From: Antechinus flavipes
Lineage: Eukaryota
DNA length: 64,000 nucleotides
Assembly (NCBI RefSeq): GCF_016432865.1
Contig: NC_067399.1
Location: forward strand, 319,114,001-319,178,000
Direction of reading: 5' to 3'
The translations under genes and the position numbers were made by a program. The first letter of the stretch is position 1, and every line of letters begins with the position of its first letter. The notes under the pieces are model-generated. The model was not told the origin of the DNA. It did no database searches and saw only the letters and a list, made by a program, of their open reading frames with translations. Below, piece after piece: positions 12,345-26,400 of the stretch.

Positions 12345-13270
12345 AGTCAGAACTATACACCTGTCAGGTTGGCTAAGATGACAGAAAAAGATAATGATGA
12401 ATGTTGGAGGGGATGCGGGAAAACTGGGACCCGGATGCATTGTTGGTGGAGCTGTGAACGTATCCACCCATTCTGGAGAGCAGTTTGGAACTATGACCAA
12501 AGGGCTATCAAACTTGCACACCCTCTGATCCAGCAGTGTCTCCACTAGGTCTGTCTCCCAAAGAAATTGTAAAAAATGGGAAAAGGACCCACCCCACACA
12601 TGCAAAAATGTTTGTGGCAGCCCTTTTTGTAGTGGCAAGGAACTGAAAATTGAATAGATGTCCATCACTTGGAGAATGGCTGAATAAGTTATGAATGTTA
12701 TGGAAAATTATTGTTCTGTAAGAAACGACCACCAGGATGATTTCAGAAAGACCTGGAGAGATTTACATTAACTAATGGAAGTGAAGTGAGCAGAACCAGA
12801 TCATTACACATGGCAACAACAAGATTAGGCAATGATCCTGATGGATCTTTTTTTTTTTTCTGAGGCAATTGGGGTTAAGTGACTTGCCCAGTATCACACA
12901 GGGACATGGCTCTTTTCGACGATGAGGTGATTCAGGCCAGTTCCAATGGTCGTGGGATGGAGAAAGCCATCTGCATCCAGAGGGAACTGAATGTGGATCA
13001 CAACATAGTATTTTTCGCTCTTTTTATTGTTAATTGCTTGCATTTTGTTTTCTTTCTCATTTTTCCCCCTTTGATCATATTTTTCTTGTGCAGCATGATA
13101 ATTGTGGAAATATGTATAGAAGAATTGCACATTTAACATATATTGGATTACTTGCCATCTGAGGGAGAGGGTAGGGGGGAAAGGAGGGAGAAAAAAAATT
13201 GGAACACCAGGTTTTGCAAGAGTGAATGTTGAAAACTATCTATGCATGTGTTTTGAAAATAATGTTTTTT
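12345..13270 (+). mobile_element. 5'-truncated L1 (ORF2 C-terminus plus 3' UTR) with a nested antisense SINE fragment
   Basis: 12402-12449 translates CWRGCGKTGTRMHCWW, the L1 ORF2 C-terminal Cys-rich motif. It is followed by aaaatgtttgtggcagccc and the L1 3' UTR. A T-tailed SINE 3' piece sits at about 12847-12902. Confidence 0.9.
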
Positions 13271-14187
13271 TAGAAAAATTACTAGGTAGAAATGGGGCTA
13301 ATTTGGAATCAAAGGATCAATATTCAGTGTGACTGAGCAAATTATTTAAGCTCTCTGGACCTGTTTCTTTATCTGTAAAATGAAGGGGCTGGTCTAAGTG
13401 ATCTGTAAGGTACTATCCAGCTCTGATAGATAAGACTAAATCCAAAGATAGTGCTTGGTTCTCTTCAGGGACAAGCTGGGGTCAACTAGATAATTCTGGC
13501 TTCAGAGCTGATGGGCATTTTTCAATCTACAAACACTATAAAACAGGTCTGTTTATTGTTTTATTTTAAGGAATGGAAAAAATGTTAATAATGCAGATTA
13601 AACATAAAAGCGTGTCCTTCAGTAAACCACTGTTTCCCTGCCCCAAGCTGGTTATTAAATATTTAATAGCACAATCCTAGCTCAACGAGACTAAGGAACA
13701 AGGCTAGTCTCACCTGCCTCAACTCACAGCTTAGTTCCTTTGGTTCTGGTTTCTGTGAAAGATATCATGGTGATATGGAAAGGACGATTCACAAATTTCT
13801 ATGTCCCAGATGCCCCTCCCCACTCCAGTCTCCCCAAGAGTGTGGATTACAATCTTACTATATATAAGGAATCAAAGATAGGCTCAGAGAGGAAATGGGG
13901 AGCTTAGCTCAAACCAGTGAAATCAGTCAGACCAACTAATTATTTTTGCACAAGATGCCTATGTTCTGAAATGCTACAGTTCTGTTCTCTGCAAGTTTGC
14001 ATATTACCTTATTCCTCTTAAAATTCTAGTAAAGATCTTTGGAAAAATCCAGCCTTGGTCTCAGGCTGCCTTGGGGACAGAAAAAAGGTTCTTATTCTGG
14101 AATACTCACAGGCGCTAGTTAATTGAAGGGAAAGGGATCATATTCTAACAGCTTTATGGTGTTGAAGAGGAAAAACCAATAAGCAAG

Positions 14188-14514
14188 TAATTATCCTTTC
14201 CACATTTTGGGGGTTAGTAGCGTGGCACCCCCATGATCTGGAAAAGCCACATAAAATGTTTGACCTTCCCTTTGTACCAGAAAGTCTGAATTATTATAAT
14301 ATTAAAAGATAAAATGTGTCATTCCATAGTATTATACATATAGTTTGTGCATTTCTGAGCTTCTAAACTTTTTTCTACGTCATCTATGGGTATGTCATCT
14401 GTAACTTCCACAACTCTCCCCCCAAATTCCTATTTAATTTCTTATACAAAGCCACAACATATCAATATATCAAAATGGTATTGGAGAAAGTCTTAATGTA
14501 TAAGGGATAACTAT
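14188..14514. mobile_element. Non-autonomous DNA transposon, probably TcMar-Tigger-like MITE
   Basis: Imperfect TIRs ttatcctttccacatt and aatgtataagggataact. A reverse-complement copy lies at 59848-60148. Confidence 0.6.
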
Positions 14515-15539
14515 AGTAATAATATATTACAAAAAAGAAAAGAATTTTAAAATCTAAGAGAAAGTTGGTGCTCCATGGCATAGTGTAACCCAAGTCAAAA
14601 AGACCTAAATTCATAAAATCCACTTTCAGACATTTACTGGCTGTGCAGCCCTGGGCAACTCACTTAAAACTCTGCCTCAGTTTCTTTATCTATAAAATGG
14701 GGATAATAATCACACCTATGTGCCAGGGTTATTGTGTTAATAAGAACCTCTCAGGATTGTCATAAGGATCAAATGATATACTATTTGCAAAGTATTTTGT
14801 AAACCTTGAAGTATTATATAAATGTTAGCTATTACTGTTTAGGTCACTTTGCAGCTAGTCTATGCTTTTTCTGTCTGAAGTATGTATGATCATAGGAAGA
14901 TGGGATCTTCTATACACACTTACCAAAGTGATACTCCTAAATCATTATCTGACCATGTCACTAATCTGCTTCAAGTGGATCCCTCTTGCTTCTCAAAATT
15001 TTTTATTTAAAACAGATTCCTCTCTTTGATACTTAAAATCTTTCCCAATCTGATTCCAATCTATCTTTCCAGAGGGCTTCCCCATTAATCCCTTTCACAA
15101 AGTTTATGCTCTAGCCACAAAAGTTAGTTTGGCTATAAACTATAATCCATTTCCCACCTCCCTACTTTTGCATAAACTATCCCCAGTGCCCAGAATGCTC
15201 TGTCTCTTAGTATCCCCACTTATCTCCAAAATTCAATTCAGGTGTCACCTCCTAAAAGGTGGCTTTTATTTTTATTTTTGAGACAATCAGAGTTGAGTGA
15301 CTTGCCTGGGATTACAGGAAATGGCTTTAATTGATGTCTCCCAAGTTTTGCTGGCTCATGCCCTCTGCTCTCCTCACCCCCAGTAGAATATAAGCTGTTT
15401 GAGGAAATGGAATATTTCATTTTTGTATTTTTAAACTTAGCATAGCACCTGGTATATAGTAGGTGATTAATAAATGTTTGAATAGAATAGGACTTAGCAG
15501 GAAGAGATTTCTAAAGAGCTTTTAGTCTAGTCATTGAAT

Positions 15540-15770
15540 CATTTCAGTCCCTGACAATTATCTATGACCCCATTTAGGGTTTTCTTGACAAAGATATTAG
15601 AATGGTTTGCCATTTCCTTCTCCAGTTCATTTTGCAAATGAGGAAACTGAGGCAAACAGGAATGAGTGTCTTGTCCAGGGTCACAAAACTAGTGACTGAA
15701 TCAAATTTGAATTCAGGTCCTCCTGACTCCAAGGCTGGAGCTCTATCCTTTGTACCATACAGCTTCCCGA
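15540..15770 (-). mobile_element. MAR1-type SINE
   Basis: gaccccatttagggttttcttgacaaagatattagaatggtttgccatttccttctccagttcattttgcaaatgaggaaactgaggc. Confidence 0.8.
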
Positions 15771-16734
15771 GTCACTAATTATAGAAGCATAGATTTAGAG
15801 CTAGAAAGAACATCAGAGATCATCTAGTCCAGTCCATTCATTTTGCAGATAAGTAAACTGAGGCTCACAGAGTTCAAGCAAGTATATTATAAAGGCAGAA
15901 TCTGAATCCAGACCTACTGCCTCCAAAACAAGCACGCTTTCCACTGTGTCACTTTGCCTTTAAATTAGGAGGGAAGTTCCATTCCTCTCTGAGAAAGATG
16001 TGGGTAGGGAGCTATAACCTCTCAGGTTCCCGGTGAGAGAAGAAGCAAAAAGAAAATCTCAAATTAAAGCAGCAGCTTGATCTAATTATTCAAGAAGGAA
16101 TATCTCCAGGAGCTCAAATGCAGCTCTCCCGCCATACTTTCGCAATCTCTTTCTCCTCCCTTCTCCACACCAGCCCCCTCTCTTCCAATTCCTTCTGCCC
16201 TTTGACAGCATAGCCTGCAGGGGAGCTGGAGGGGGAATCAGTTCTACCTCTGACAGTTCTCGCAGAGGGTTAGAGATGGAGTATTTATACTCTCGAGAAG
16301 CCAATTAGGGACCATCATTCCGACACCAGCTCTGCTGTAAAATAGAACTTAATGTTACTCCCTTCCCCTTGAGAGCTGCTCCGGGGGTCCGGGGATAAGC
16401 TCTGCACAGGAAGAACTGAGATCTATCTGCCTCATGAGGGAGTTGGAAAATGAATGGATGATTGCCTTGATTAAGTGCTTATTATGTGCCGGGAACCAGC
16501 ATTTAGCCTGGTATACACCTACAAGAAAGCGAGATGGGCCCTGCCCTCAAAGAGCTTACGTTCTGCTGGGGAATATAGCAGGAAAAGGAGCTAGAAAGAG
16601 GGGGAGCAGCATGGTTTGGATTGGTCTGGGTCTAGCCAAGATTAGGTAATGGTTCCCCAGAGTTTAAAGAAGTCCCTTGATGGGAATAAGTAGTTTATGA
16701 TGGTGGCTGAACTTTTGCCAAGTACTTGAAGAAA

Positions 16735-16980
16735 CTTGATTCTCCCTCCCTTTATCACCCTCTCCCTTCCTCCTCTTCTTCCTCCTTCCCTCTCCCTCTT
16801 TTCCCTCTTTTCCTCTCCCTCTTCCCCTTCTCTCCCTCCCTCCTTCCCTCTTCCTTCTCCCTCTTTCCCTCTCCCTCCTTCTCCCTCTTCCTCTCCTTAT
16901 CTCCCTCCTCCTCTCTCCTTCTTCCCCTTCTCCCCCTTCCTCCTTCCCTCTTTCTTCTCCCTCTTTCCCTCTCCCCCCTC
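16735..16980. repeat. C/T polypyrimidine low-complexity tract
   Basis: About 245 bp almost entirely C and T; source of the spurious S/L/P/F and E/R/G/K ORFs. Confidence 0.95.
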
Positions 16981-17229
16981 ATAATGCTTAGCATGATGCC
17001 CAGCACATAGTAGGTGCTTAATAAATTTTCCTTCCTTTCTCCTCCAGATGTCATTGAAGAGTTCACTATCCTCACTTATCCTGCCCCACTCCCCATTAAT
17101 CCCTATCACCATCTGTTCACCAACAATTGGATAGCAAGCGTTTTGAGGATACCAGAAAGTCAAATTGGAGAGATGAAAAAAAAAGTAATGAGACTAATTC
17201 CATAAGCCACATAGGAAAATTATTATTAT

Positions 17230-17445
17230 TGTTCGGTCATCTCTGACTCTGTAATCCCATTTGAGGCTTTCTTGGCAAAGATATTGGCGTGGTTTGTTAT
17301 TTTCCTTCTCCAGCTTATTTTACAGATGAGAAAACTGAAGCAAATAGAGTAAAGTGCCTTGTCCATGGTCACATAGCTCGTATCTGAGGTTGTATTTGAA
17401 CTGATTCTAGGCCCAATATGCTACTCATTTCCCCATCTAGCTGCT
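17230..17445 (-). mobile_element. MAR1-type SINE
   Basis: ttcttggcaaagatattggcgtggtttg...ccttctccagcttattttacagatgagaaaactgaagc. Confidence 0.75.
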
Positions 17446-18934
17446 CATAGGAAAATTAGCTTTATTTGGAGCTATCACTCATGTGGGACGAATGGGCTTT
17501 ATCCTAGGGCATGAACATGGGAGTTTGGGGAGAGGTAAGCAGTGGAATTTCTCTTGGGAACAACCAAGAGTTCCCCTGCTTCTTGAGTTCCTCTGTTGGT
17601 CCTAATTCTTCTGTGGGTTTCATTGCCAGGGAACTCCCTTCATGCTGTCTGCCAACCTTCTCCCCTACCTCCCTGGCTTGGACAGACCATTCCCCTAGAA
17701 TGACTACACCCTTGGTCAAACTTCTCTGGGCAGATGCCATCACTCCCACTCTCAAACTATTTTTGCCCCAGGTGAAAATATTCCTACTTATTGTTCCAGT
17801 TTCATTGTAATTATTTCATAATTGCAAATTCATGAAAACCAACTCCCAAAAGAAGGCAATGCAATATATGTTATAGTGAATATCAAATGGACAATTAAGA
17901 GGTACAAAGGAAAGAGTGTTGGATCTATAGACAGGAAAACTTAAGTTAAAATCCAGCCTCACATGCTTGCTAGCTGTGTCCAAGTCACTTCACCCTGTTT
18001 GCCTCAGTTTCCTCATTTGTAAAATGAGATGCAGAAGAAAATCACTCCAATATCTTTGTCAAGAAAACCCCAAATGAAAGTCAGACCCAAATGAAAAATG
18101 ACTGAGGAGTTAGACCTTCAGGTAAGAAATAGGAATTAAGCTAGCCCATAAAGAATGAAAAAAGATGGGTTAGGGTTAGATGCTCTGAAAACGGAGGATA
18201 TAAACAGGCTACACAGAGGCAGGAGTGAATTTCCTATTTGGGGGAGTGACTGGACTAGTCTGGCTGGAGCTGAGTTCCTTTAAGGCTGGAAAGTTAAACC
18301 AGGATCAGCTTATAGAAGGCCTTGAGGGGGTGAATGATATCAAATGTTGTATAAATGTCAAAAGGAGTGAAAAAGTGAGAAAGGTATTAGGTTTGGTGAT
18401 TAGGAAATTATTGGTGAACTTAGAAAGTATATCTTCAAGGGACAGCTTAGCTGATGCATTGGATAGTTTGGAGAGCCTAGAATTCAGGAGCACAGCCTCA
18501 GACACTTAGTAGCTGGGTGATCCTGGGCAAGTCACTCAACCTGTATTGAAGGAGAGAGGGGAAGAGAAGGAGAGAAATGAGGTTGGTTGGATGTGGTGGG
18601 AATGGAGTTAGTTTGCAGGGGATTAAGTAGGGAAGAAGTTTTAAGGACATCAAGCATGGCATAGTGCTGGACAGACATGAAGCTAGGAATCCTACCTCTG
18701 ATCACTAAGTAATTGTGACAGTAGACAAGTCATTTAACTCCCCTGAGCCAAGGTCTTCATCTGTTAAAAACAAACAAACAAACAAAAAAACAAACTATAA
18801 TACATTACTCCCACAGGGTTAATAGAACGTATGCATTTGAATCTGCTTCCTTCCACTTGCTATATTGTAGCAATATCTCATGATCTGGCTGGGATTCATT
18901 TGTTTTCTCATCTACAAAATGAAAAGGTTAGACA

Positions 18935-19920
18935 AGGGGGAGAATTCCTTTCCTCTCATTCATTTCTCAACCCCTTCCAATTTGGCTTCTGATCTCAATA
19001 CTCAGCAGAAACTACTCTCTCCATACCAATAGTCTTTAATTGTCAAATGTGTTGGTCTTTTCTAGATGTTCATTATGTTTGGCTCCTCTATAGCATCTGA
19101 ATTTATTAAACACTCATCCTGGTTACTCCGTTTTGTTTGGGCTTTCACATTATTTCTCCTACTCTTTCTCTCTCTCTCTCTCTCTCCTACCTCCCTTTCT
19201 CCTCCTTCCCCTCTCCTCTTCTCTCCCATTTCTCTGTTCTCTTCTCTCTGCCTGTCTGTCTGGCTCTCTGTTTCTCTCTGTGTCCGTCTGGCTCTTCTCT
19301 CTTCTTTCCTCCCCCTTTTGTTTGTCTGTTTGTTTCTCTTTCTCCTTCCTTACTATTTCTCCCCCCTTTCTCTGTGCCCCTTTCCCTTCTCCTCTGGTCT
19401 TCTTTGCTGGATCATCATCATCTACCAAAATCCTAGATTCTCTTTCCTTCTAATTCTATACTCTCTTTCAGGGACCTCATTAGCTCTCCTGGGTTTAGTT
19501 ATTTTCTCCATCCAGTTGACTTCCCCATTTATATATTTAACCTTAATCTGTCTCCTGACCTTCAGTCCCACACATTATTACCACCTGTCTATTAGACATT
19601 TTGAATTAAATACGTACACATTAATTTTTACAGAAACTTCTCTCCCTTTTGAACTTCTCAATTTTTGTCAAAGGCACTACTACTAGCCTTTTAGCACCAC
19701 AATCTCAGATTCTCAACTCCTTCAACTTTCCATCACCCTGTAGATTCACTAGGTTTTCAAATCTTGTTTCTATACATTCTTCCTATTCCCATGGCCACCA
19801 TCTTAGTTCAGGCCCCATTATCTCTAGCCTACACTATTGCAATAGCTTCCTAACTGATCTCCCCGTTCCAAATCTCTCCTTTCTCCAATCCATACTCCAT
19901 ATAAGTCCACACAAAATGAT
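18935..19920 (+). mobile_element. Degraded L2 fragments interrupted by a CT-rich low-complexity tract (about 19160-19420)
   Basis: L2-type text (ttccaatttggcttctgatctc...; attgcaatagcttcctaactgatctccc...tctccaatccatactcc). ORF 19066..19686 comes from the CT tract. Confidence 0.55.
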
Positions 19921-22754
19921 ATATTTTTTTAAATAGTACTTTATTTTTTTCTGATTACATGTGAAGACAATATTTTTAAGTTCTAAATTTCCTCTCTCCC
20001 TCTTCTCTAAGAGGGCGAGCAATTTGAAACACATTATATATGTGCTGTCATGTAAAACAATTTCCATATTAGTCATGTTGTGAAAGAAGAAAACAAAGGG
20101 GAAAAGCTACGGAAAAAAAAGATAAAGTGAAAATAGAATGCTTTGATCTTCATTCAGCCTCCATCAGTTCTTTTTCTGGAGGTGGATATTTTTTATCATG
20201 AGTCCTCTGAAATTGTTTTGAATCACTGTATTGTTGAGAAGAGCAAAGTTGATCATAGCTGATCATCGCACAATGTTGCTGTAACTGTATACAATGTTTC
20301 TGCTCACTTCACACAAAATGATATTCTTAAAGCACATACCTAACCATATCATTCATCTGCTTAATAAATTCTAATAGTTTTCTTTTTTTTCCCTCTAGGA
20401 AGAAATATAAACTCCTTGCTTTGGCATTTCAAGTCTTTTAGAACTAGACTCTGATATACTTTTCTAGCTTTATATACAATTCCTGTTCACTAGCCAGTCC
20501 CACATCATGTTTCCCATTCCATCTAAGCCATCCACCAGGAACCAATCCCTACCCAGCTCCTAGAGCTTGCTATTTATCATCTTAGTGAACCATGCAGTTC
20601 ATATCCACCTCTTTCAATCTCTAGCTTTTGCTCAATAATTGAATCAATTCCACCATTACTTCTGGAAAAGAATGCCAGATGGCTCCACTCATAATCACTG
20701 ATTTTTTAAATAAAAACTCTCTTCCTTGACTCCCATTGTTCCTTATGTGTTTTGGGTCAATTTACCAGATGGGATAGAGGGACTGTCCCATTTCTGTGAC
20801 TGGATCTCCATTACCCAGCACAGTGCCTAGTACATAGTAGGCATTTTTAATAAACATTTGTTGATTTACCAATTGATGACCAGTGAGGTTTGTTCCCACT
20901 CTAGATTTATGATCTTATCTGAGAATTAGATGAGATAATGGCATGTAAAATGTTTTGAAAGCTTTAAAGCATTATACATATATATGTCTGCATATATGCA
21001 TATGCATGCCAGTTATTATATTTTTATCTAAGTGATAATAGATTGTTAGATTTAAGAGTTGGGAAACTCTTTGATTTGAATCCTGCCTCAGATATTTATT
21101 AACTATCTGAGCTTGAATAAATCACCCTCTTTTAGTCTCAGTTTCCACATCTGTAATATTGATGATAACCACTGCATAGAGTCCACATGTGGATCAAATA
21201 AAATATTGGCAAACCTTAAAATTCTTATATAAGTGCTCCTGATATAATAGTAATAACATATTAAATAATAGTTTATCAACAGTTCATGAATTATTAATAT
21301 AATATTAATGCTTCAAGAAGTTTGACAGTTAACAGAAAGAAGGAATGTTGTAAATTTTGTGATTAAAATATATATCTAGAATCATAAAGAACAAGTATGT
21401 GGCACAGTGGATTGAATACTGGGCCTGGAGTCAAGAAAATTTGCGTTCAAATCAGGCCTCACACACTGTGTGTGGTACTGGACAAGTCACTTCACCCTAT
21501 TTGCCTCCATTTCCTCATCTATAAAATGATCCAAAGAAGGAATCTAGTATCCTTGTCCAGAAAACCCCCAACGGGGTCACGGAGAATTGAACACATTGAA
21601 ACAACTGAACAACAAATTTTATAATCTAGCACTGAGTTCCCTGATTAGAGTTCCCGAGAATTCGGGTTTTATCTTTGGACTGTGTCCTCTGGGCTATAGC
21701 TTCTCCCTTTATCTTCTCCCTAGTTCTTCAGGCCCAGTCCAGATACACACATGCTATTGCGGGCACTAGGCTTTGGGGCGTGTCTTGGATTCTTCATTCC
21801 ATTTTTATCTACTTAGTTTTATCTCTCTCCTACATGGTCAGACCCATGGTCTATCTTCTCATTTCTGAAGGAGCCCTCTTCCTTCTCTTCAAGCATCGGG
21901 TATACCTAACTTCCTATTAATCTTCACTCTAGGCAATGAGTCAAAGTCTTTTCATTTCATGTTGAAACCATAGTAAAACTTAAGGCTACAGTATCACAGT
22001 CCCTGAAAGGGAACTTAGAAGTTATCTATTTCCTACCTGTGCCCAAAGAGAAATACCTTTGAGAAATATCCCTGAAGAATTTGCCTCCATCTGAAAAATT
22101 GATGAGAGAAGGAAGAATTTACTAAGCATCTATTATGAGCTAATCTCTTTATATATATTATCTCATTTGATTCTCACATTAACCCTGAAAGATAAGAGCT
22201 ATTATGATCTCATTTTACAGTTGAGGGACCTGAGGCAGACAGAAGTAAAATATCTTGCCCAAGGTCATATAGCTTGTAAATGTCTGAAGCTGGACTTGAA
22301 GTCTGGTCTTTCTGGCTCCAGGCTCCCAGTGCTTTAGCCATTGCACCATCTAGTTGCCTCAGAGAAAAGAAACCAATTATCTCATAGGACAGATCATTCT
22401 ACCTTTCCCTCAAGATGAAATCTGCCTCTGAAAGTTTTACTCATTGAACCTAGTACTTCTTCCTCTAGGGTCAAGGAGAATAAGGCTAAATCTTTGATGG
22501 GATAGCACAAATACATGAAGTTTGCTTTTTTGCCTTCTGCTTTAGCTCACCCCAAGCCCTTTTCCAGGTAAACATTCTCAGTTCATAGGATCATAGAAAG
22601 AGGCATGCTGGTAAATGTTTAACAACCAGCTCTCAGAGTGGGAGATGGGGAGGAGAGGGGGATAGTGTATACCTCACATACTTTTAAGTTTAACCTGCAT
22701 TAGTAACATTTTATTCATCACTTCCTTGAGCCTGGGAAGCTTGATGGGACTACT

Positions 22755-23150
22755 TGATGGAGTAGTGGATAAAGTTCTGGGCTGGAGTCAGGAAGATTCC
22801 TTTTCCTGAGTTCAAATCCATCTCACATATGTTCTAATTGTATTATCCTGGACAAGTCACTTAACCCTGTTGGTCTCAGTTTCCTCATATGAAAATGAGC
22901 TGAAGAAGAAAATGGCCAACATTCCGTATCTAATAGACTCAGATGGAATCAAGGAGAGTCAGACATGGGGCAGCTAGAGCACTAGTCCTGAAGTCAGGAG
23001 GATCTGAGTTCAAATCTGACCTCAGACATTTAACACTTCCTAGCTGTGTGACCCTAGGCAAGTCACTTAATCCCAATTGCCTGGAAAAGGGGGGCGGGGT
23101 AGGGAAGGTTCAGACATAACTAAAAATGACTGAATTCTCAAGTCTAGACA
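22755..23150 (+). mobile_element. MAR1-type SINE with a nested WSINE1-type SINE (about 22967-23109, 8-bp TSD tcagacat)
   Basis: tcagacat at 22959-22966 and 23110-23117 brackets ggggcagctagagcac...cccaattgcctgg. Confidence 0.7.
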
Positions 23151-23489
23151 ATCAATAAGTCAATAAATCCAGCCATGATTTCAGAAGTGGCAATGCTCAC
23201 ACTGAAAATTTAATAATCCTGAGAATACATTTGAGCCAACTCCAGCATATAGAGCTTGATGACCCTCACTTAGAGATCTAGTTCAACCCTCTCCTTTTAT
23301 AGAGAAGAAGACAGGGTCCTAGAGAGATTAATGACTTGCCCAATGCTTTCCAAGTAGAGTATAGCAGAATCAGGATTTGAACCCACATTTTGACTACAAA
23401 TCTAGTGCTTTTTCCACCATAATTTTCATGGCATGAATATATAGAATGAATGCAAGGTCCCATCCTGGAGGTCAGTATCCTTGACAATG

Positions 23490-24560
23490 CTTGTCAATAT
23501 TTCTCAATGGCTCAAAGTGACATGATACTACAGATGCAATCCAGTTAGGGAAAAATATAAAGGGATTGTCCTCTTTTTCTATTCTGGATCCTATGCCTCT
23601 GAATATAGTGGGTTATGTTAGACTTTTGTTATTGTGTGTTAGATCTCTGCCATGCAATATGGCTGTCTCATATTGAATTTGTACTCCACCAACATCCTGG
23701 GGTCGTCTTCACGTGACCCAGTGTCTAGAGGTACCTGTGCTCGTGCAAGTGGTTTCCTTTAAACTCAGACACAGAACTTTACAACTAATTCCTCTTAAAT
23801 TTAGTTTTATTGGATTAAGTCTATCATTCTAGCCTACTGGGAGTTTTTTGGATCCTGACTGCCATTCATCATGTTAACTATCCCTCCCAACAACCATCCC
23901 TCTAGAAAGTTGATGTCACTTATGCTTATATTCATATCATTGATTAAAAAAAAAAAGGTTGAATAAAACAAGGTCAATGAAAGATCACTGGGATATTTCA
24001 CTAGGAATCTCTATCTTGACGTTGTAGAAAAGAAAAGGAAAGGAAGGGAAGGGGGGAGGAAAGTGAAAGAAGGGGGAGGGAAAAGGAGGCATCTACTATG
24101 TGACAGGTACTATGCTAAGTACTAAGATCTCATTTGATCCTCACAAAAAAACCTGGGATGTAGTTATCATTATTATCCCCATTTGAAAATTGAGGAAACT
24201 GAGGCACGTCACAATTTGTTCGATCTGACATTGTACTATTTATCTCTAGGGAGGTCCAGACATTAAATAAATTACCATCTAGTCCATATATCTTCATTTT
24301 GTCCACAAAAATAGCATGAGAGACTTTGTCAGATATCAGACATATCTAGATAGCTATATCTATGATGGAATAATTCCCCTGGTTCAAGGAAACAAGATTA
24401 GACTGGAATGGCAATACTAATCTTGATAAAGCATATTGGCTCTCAGGGATCCTAGCTTCCTTTTCTAAAGGGTAACAAACAATGTATCTTAGATTTTTCC
24501 AATAACTGAAGCTCACCACCCAATGAGCTAATTGATAACTCATTCCTTTTTGAAAATCAA
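23490..24560 (-). mobile_element. Ancient L3/CR1 fragments
   Basis: Resembles reverse-strand CR1/L3 ORF2 (e.g. ctcatattgaatttgtactccaccaacatcc...; ttttccaataactgaagc), interrupted by other repeats at about 23960-24240. Confidence 0.45.
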
Positions 24561-26116
24561 AGCTATTTTGAGTTAGAAAAGGCCTTACAAACCATCTCCC
24601 TCATTTGACTGAAAAGCAAAGTAAGAGCCAATAACTTTAGGTGACTTGTTCAAAGTCACATCCATAGTAAGCATCGGGGGTAGAATTCAGATCAAGACTC
24701 TCTGATTACAGAGTTAGAACTACTGTACCATAATAACTATGCCATAATAACCGCCCCCCACCCCAGGATTTCCAGTCCTGCACCATCATGTCCTGTGACA
24801 CCACGCCTAGTTCTATTGCTCTGTTGTATCATCTTATCCAGAGCTGGGTGAGGATGAGTACAGTTATGTTTTGGTTATAGGGTCCTTAACCTTTTTTTTT
24901 TCATGTATCTGTTTGATATTCTAGTGAAATTTAGGAATCTCTTAAGTTCTTAAAATAAAATACATAGTATTATAAAGGAAATATTAAATATGTTAAACAC
25001 TCATTTAGTTATATCAAATATATTAAAATATAACTGCCAAACTATTTTTAAAATCAAAATCATGGACTCCAAGTTAAAGATCCTTATATTTGGAGTATTG
25101 GTCAATAGCATTTATTCATCATCTACAATGGGCTCAGCCCTGTACTAAGCACCTATGTATGAATCCTGATTCTTCTAAATTCTACCTTTTGACACTGGTC
25201 ATATGATCACAAATTTAGAGTTGGAAGGATTTTGGAATTGATTAATCAAATTCAATCCTCTTAAATTACAGATAAGGAAACTGAGGCATAGAAAGATTTA
25301 GTAATTTATTCAAGGTCATACACTCAGTATGTTTGTATGTCTGTATGTCAGTAAATGTCTGAGTGTGAAATTTGAACTCAGGCCTCCCTGACTCCTGATT
25401 CAGTATTCTACCTGCCTCAAATCCCTTTACCCACCAGCATTTTAGTCATTCATCTCTCATATTAACCATTTGGACCAGATAGTCTCTAAAATCGCTCCTC
25501 GTTCTAACTTTTCTAATTCAGTGAATTCCTGAAGCCCTATCCTCTGCCCATCATAAAAGCTCCAGAGAACCAATCCCTGTGCTGATCCTTGAGGCACTCT
25601 GCAAGCCGGAGAATCCCAAACAAGAAAGAATGAGTTGGGACAAATTTCCCCAAGAAGTCTGAGCCAGATCTGTGTGTCCTTGAACTGGAGCCCTCCCAAT
25701 GGTGAGTGATCACCTCTCTAAATTATCAGTATCTTCTTCCTTCTTGCAGGATGCAGCAGGAGCAAAGAGTATCTCACCCCGGAAGACCAGATAGCTCACA
25801 TCTAAATTGGGAAAATGTAATTGTTGCTTGAGGGGAAGAGAGATGCAAATAAGATAGATATCATTAAGGTCTTCTAGTCACTTCACTTCTCCCATTGACT
25901 CAACCTTTACCTCTACATTTTTCCATATTCCCACCAGCATGTACTACCATCCCCCACACTCACCAATTTAACCCAACCCTACACACACACACCTCTCTAC
26001 CAGCATTTAAGAACACTTCCTAAGTAATAAGTTCTTCATTATATGGGTAAAGAAGAGATCTAAGGTCTCTAACCATGGACATCAAAGAGTTTAAGATAGT
26101 ATAGAATAAAGTACTT

Positions 26117-26190
26117 TTTTTTTTAAATAATTTTTTATTGATAGAACGCATGCCAGGGTAATTTTTTACAGCATTATCCCTTGCATTCAT
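26117..26190 (-). mobile_element. 74-bp L1 3' terminal insertion with 15-bp TSD
   Basis: tagaataaagtactt at 26102-26116 and 26191-26205 flank poly-T plus ttttattgatagaacgcatgccagggtaattttttacagcattatcccttgcattca. Confidence 0.85.
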
Positions 26191-26212
26191 TAGAATAAAG
26201 TACTTATTAAGC

Positions 26213-26400
26213 CAGGGGTTCTTAGCCTGGGGTCCCCTGAACTTTTTTAAAAAGACATTTTGATCATTGTATTTCAATATAATTTACCTCATTTCTAATC
26301 CTAATAAATCTAATTTTATGCACTTAAAAAACATGATTCTGAGAAGGGGTCACAGGCTTCTCCAGATTGTCCATGACACAGGCAAGGTGAAGGACCCTTG
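26213..26400. mobile_element. hAT (Charlie-like) MITE
   Basis: Imperfect TIRs caggggttcttagcc and ggtgaaggacccttg; about 188 bp. Confidence 0.6.

Noticed and set aside
19066-19686. 206-aa hydrophobic ORF that looks like a membrane protein
   Set aside because: Translation of a CT low-complexity tract plus L2 remnants.
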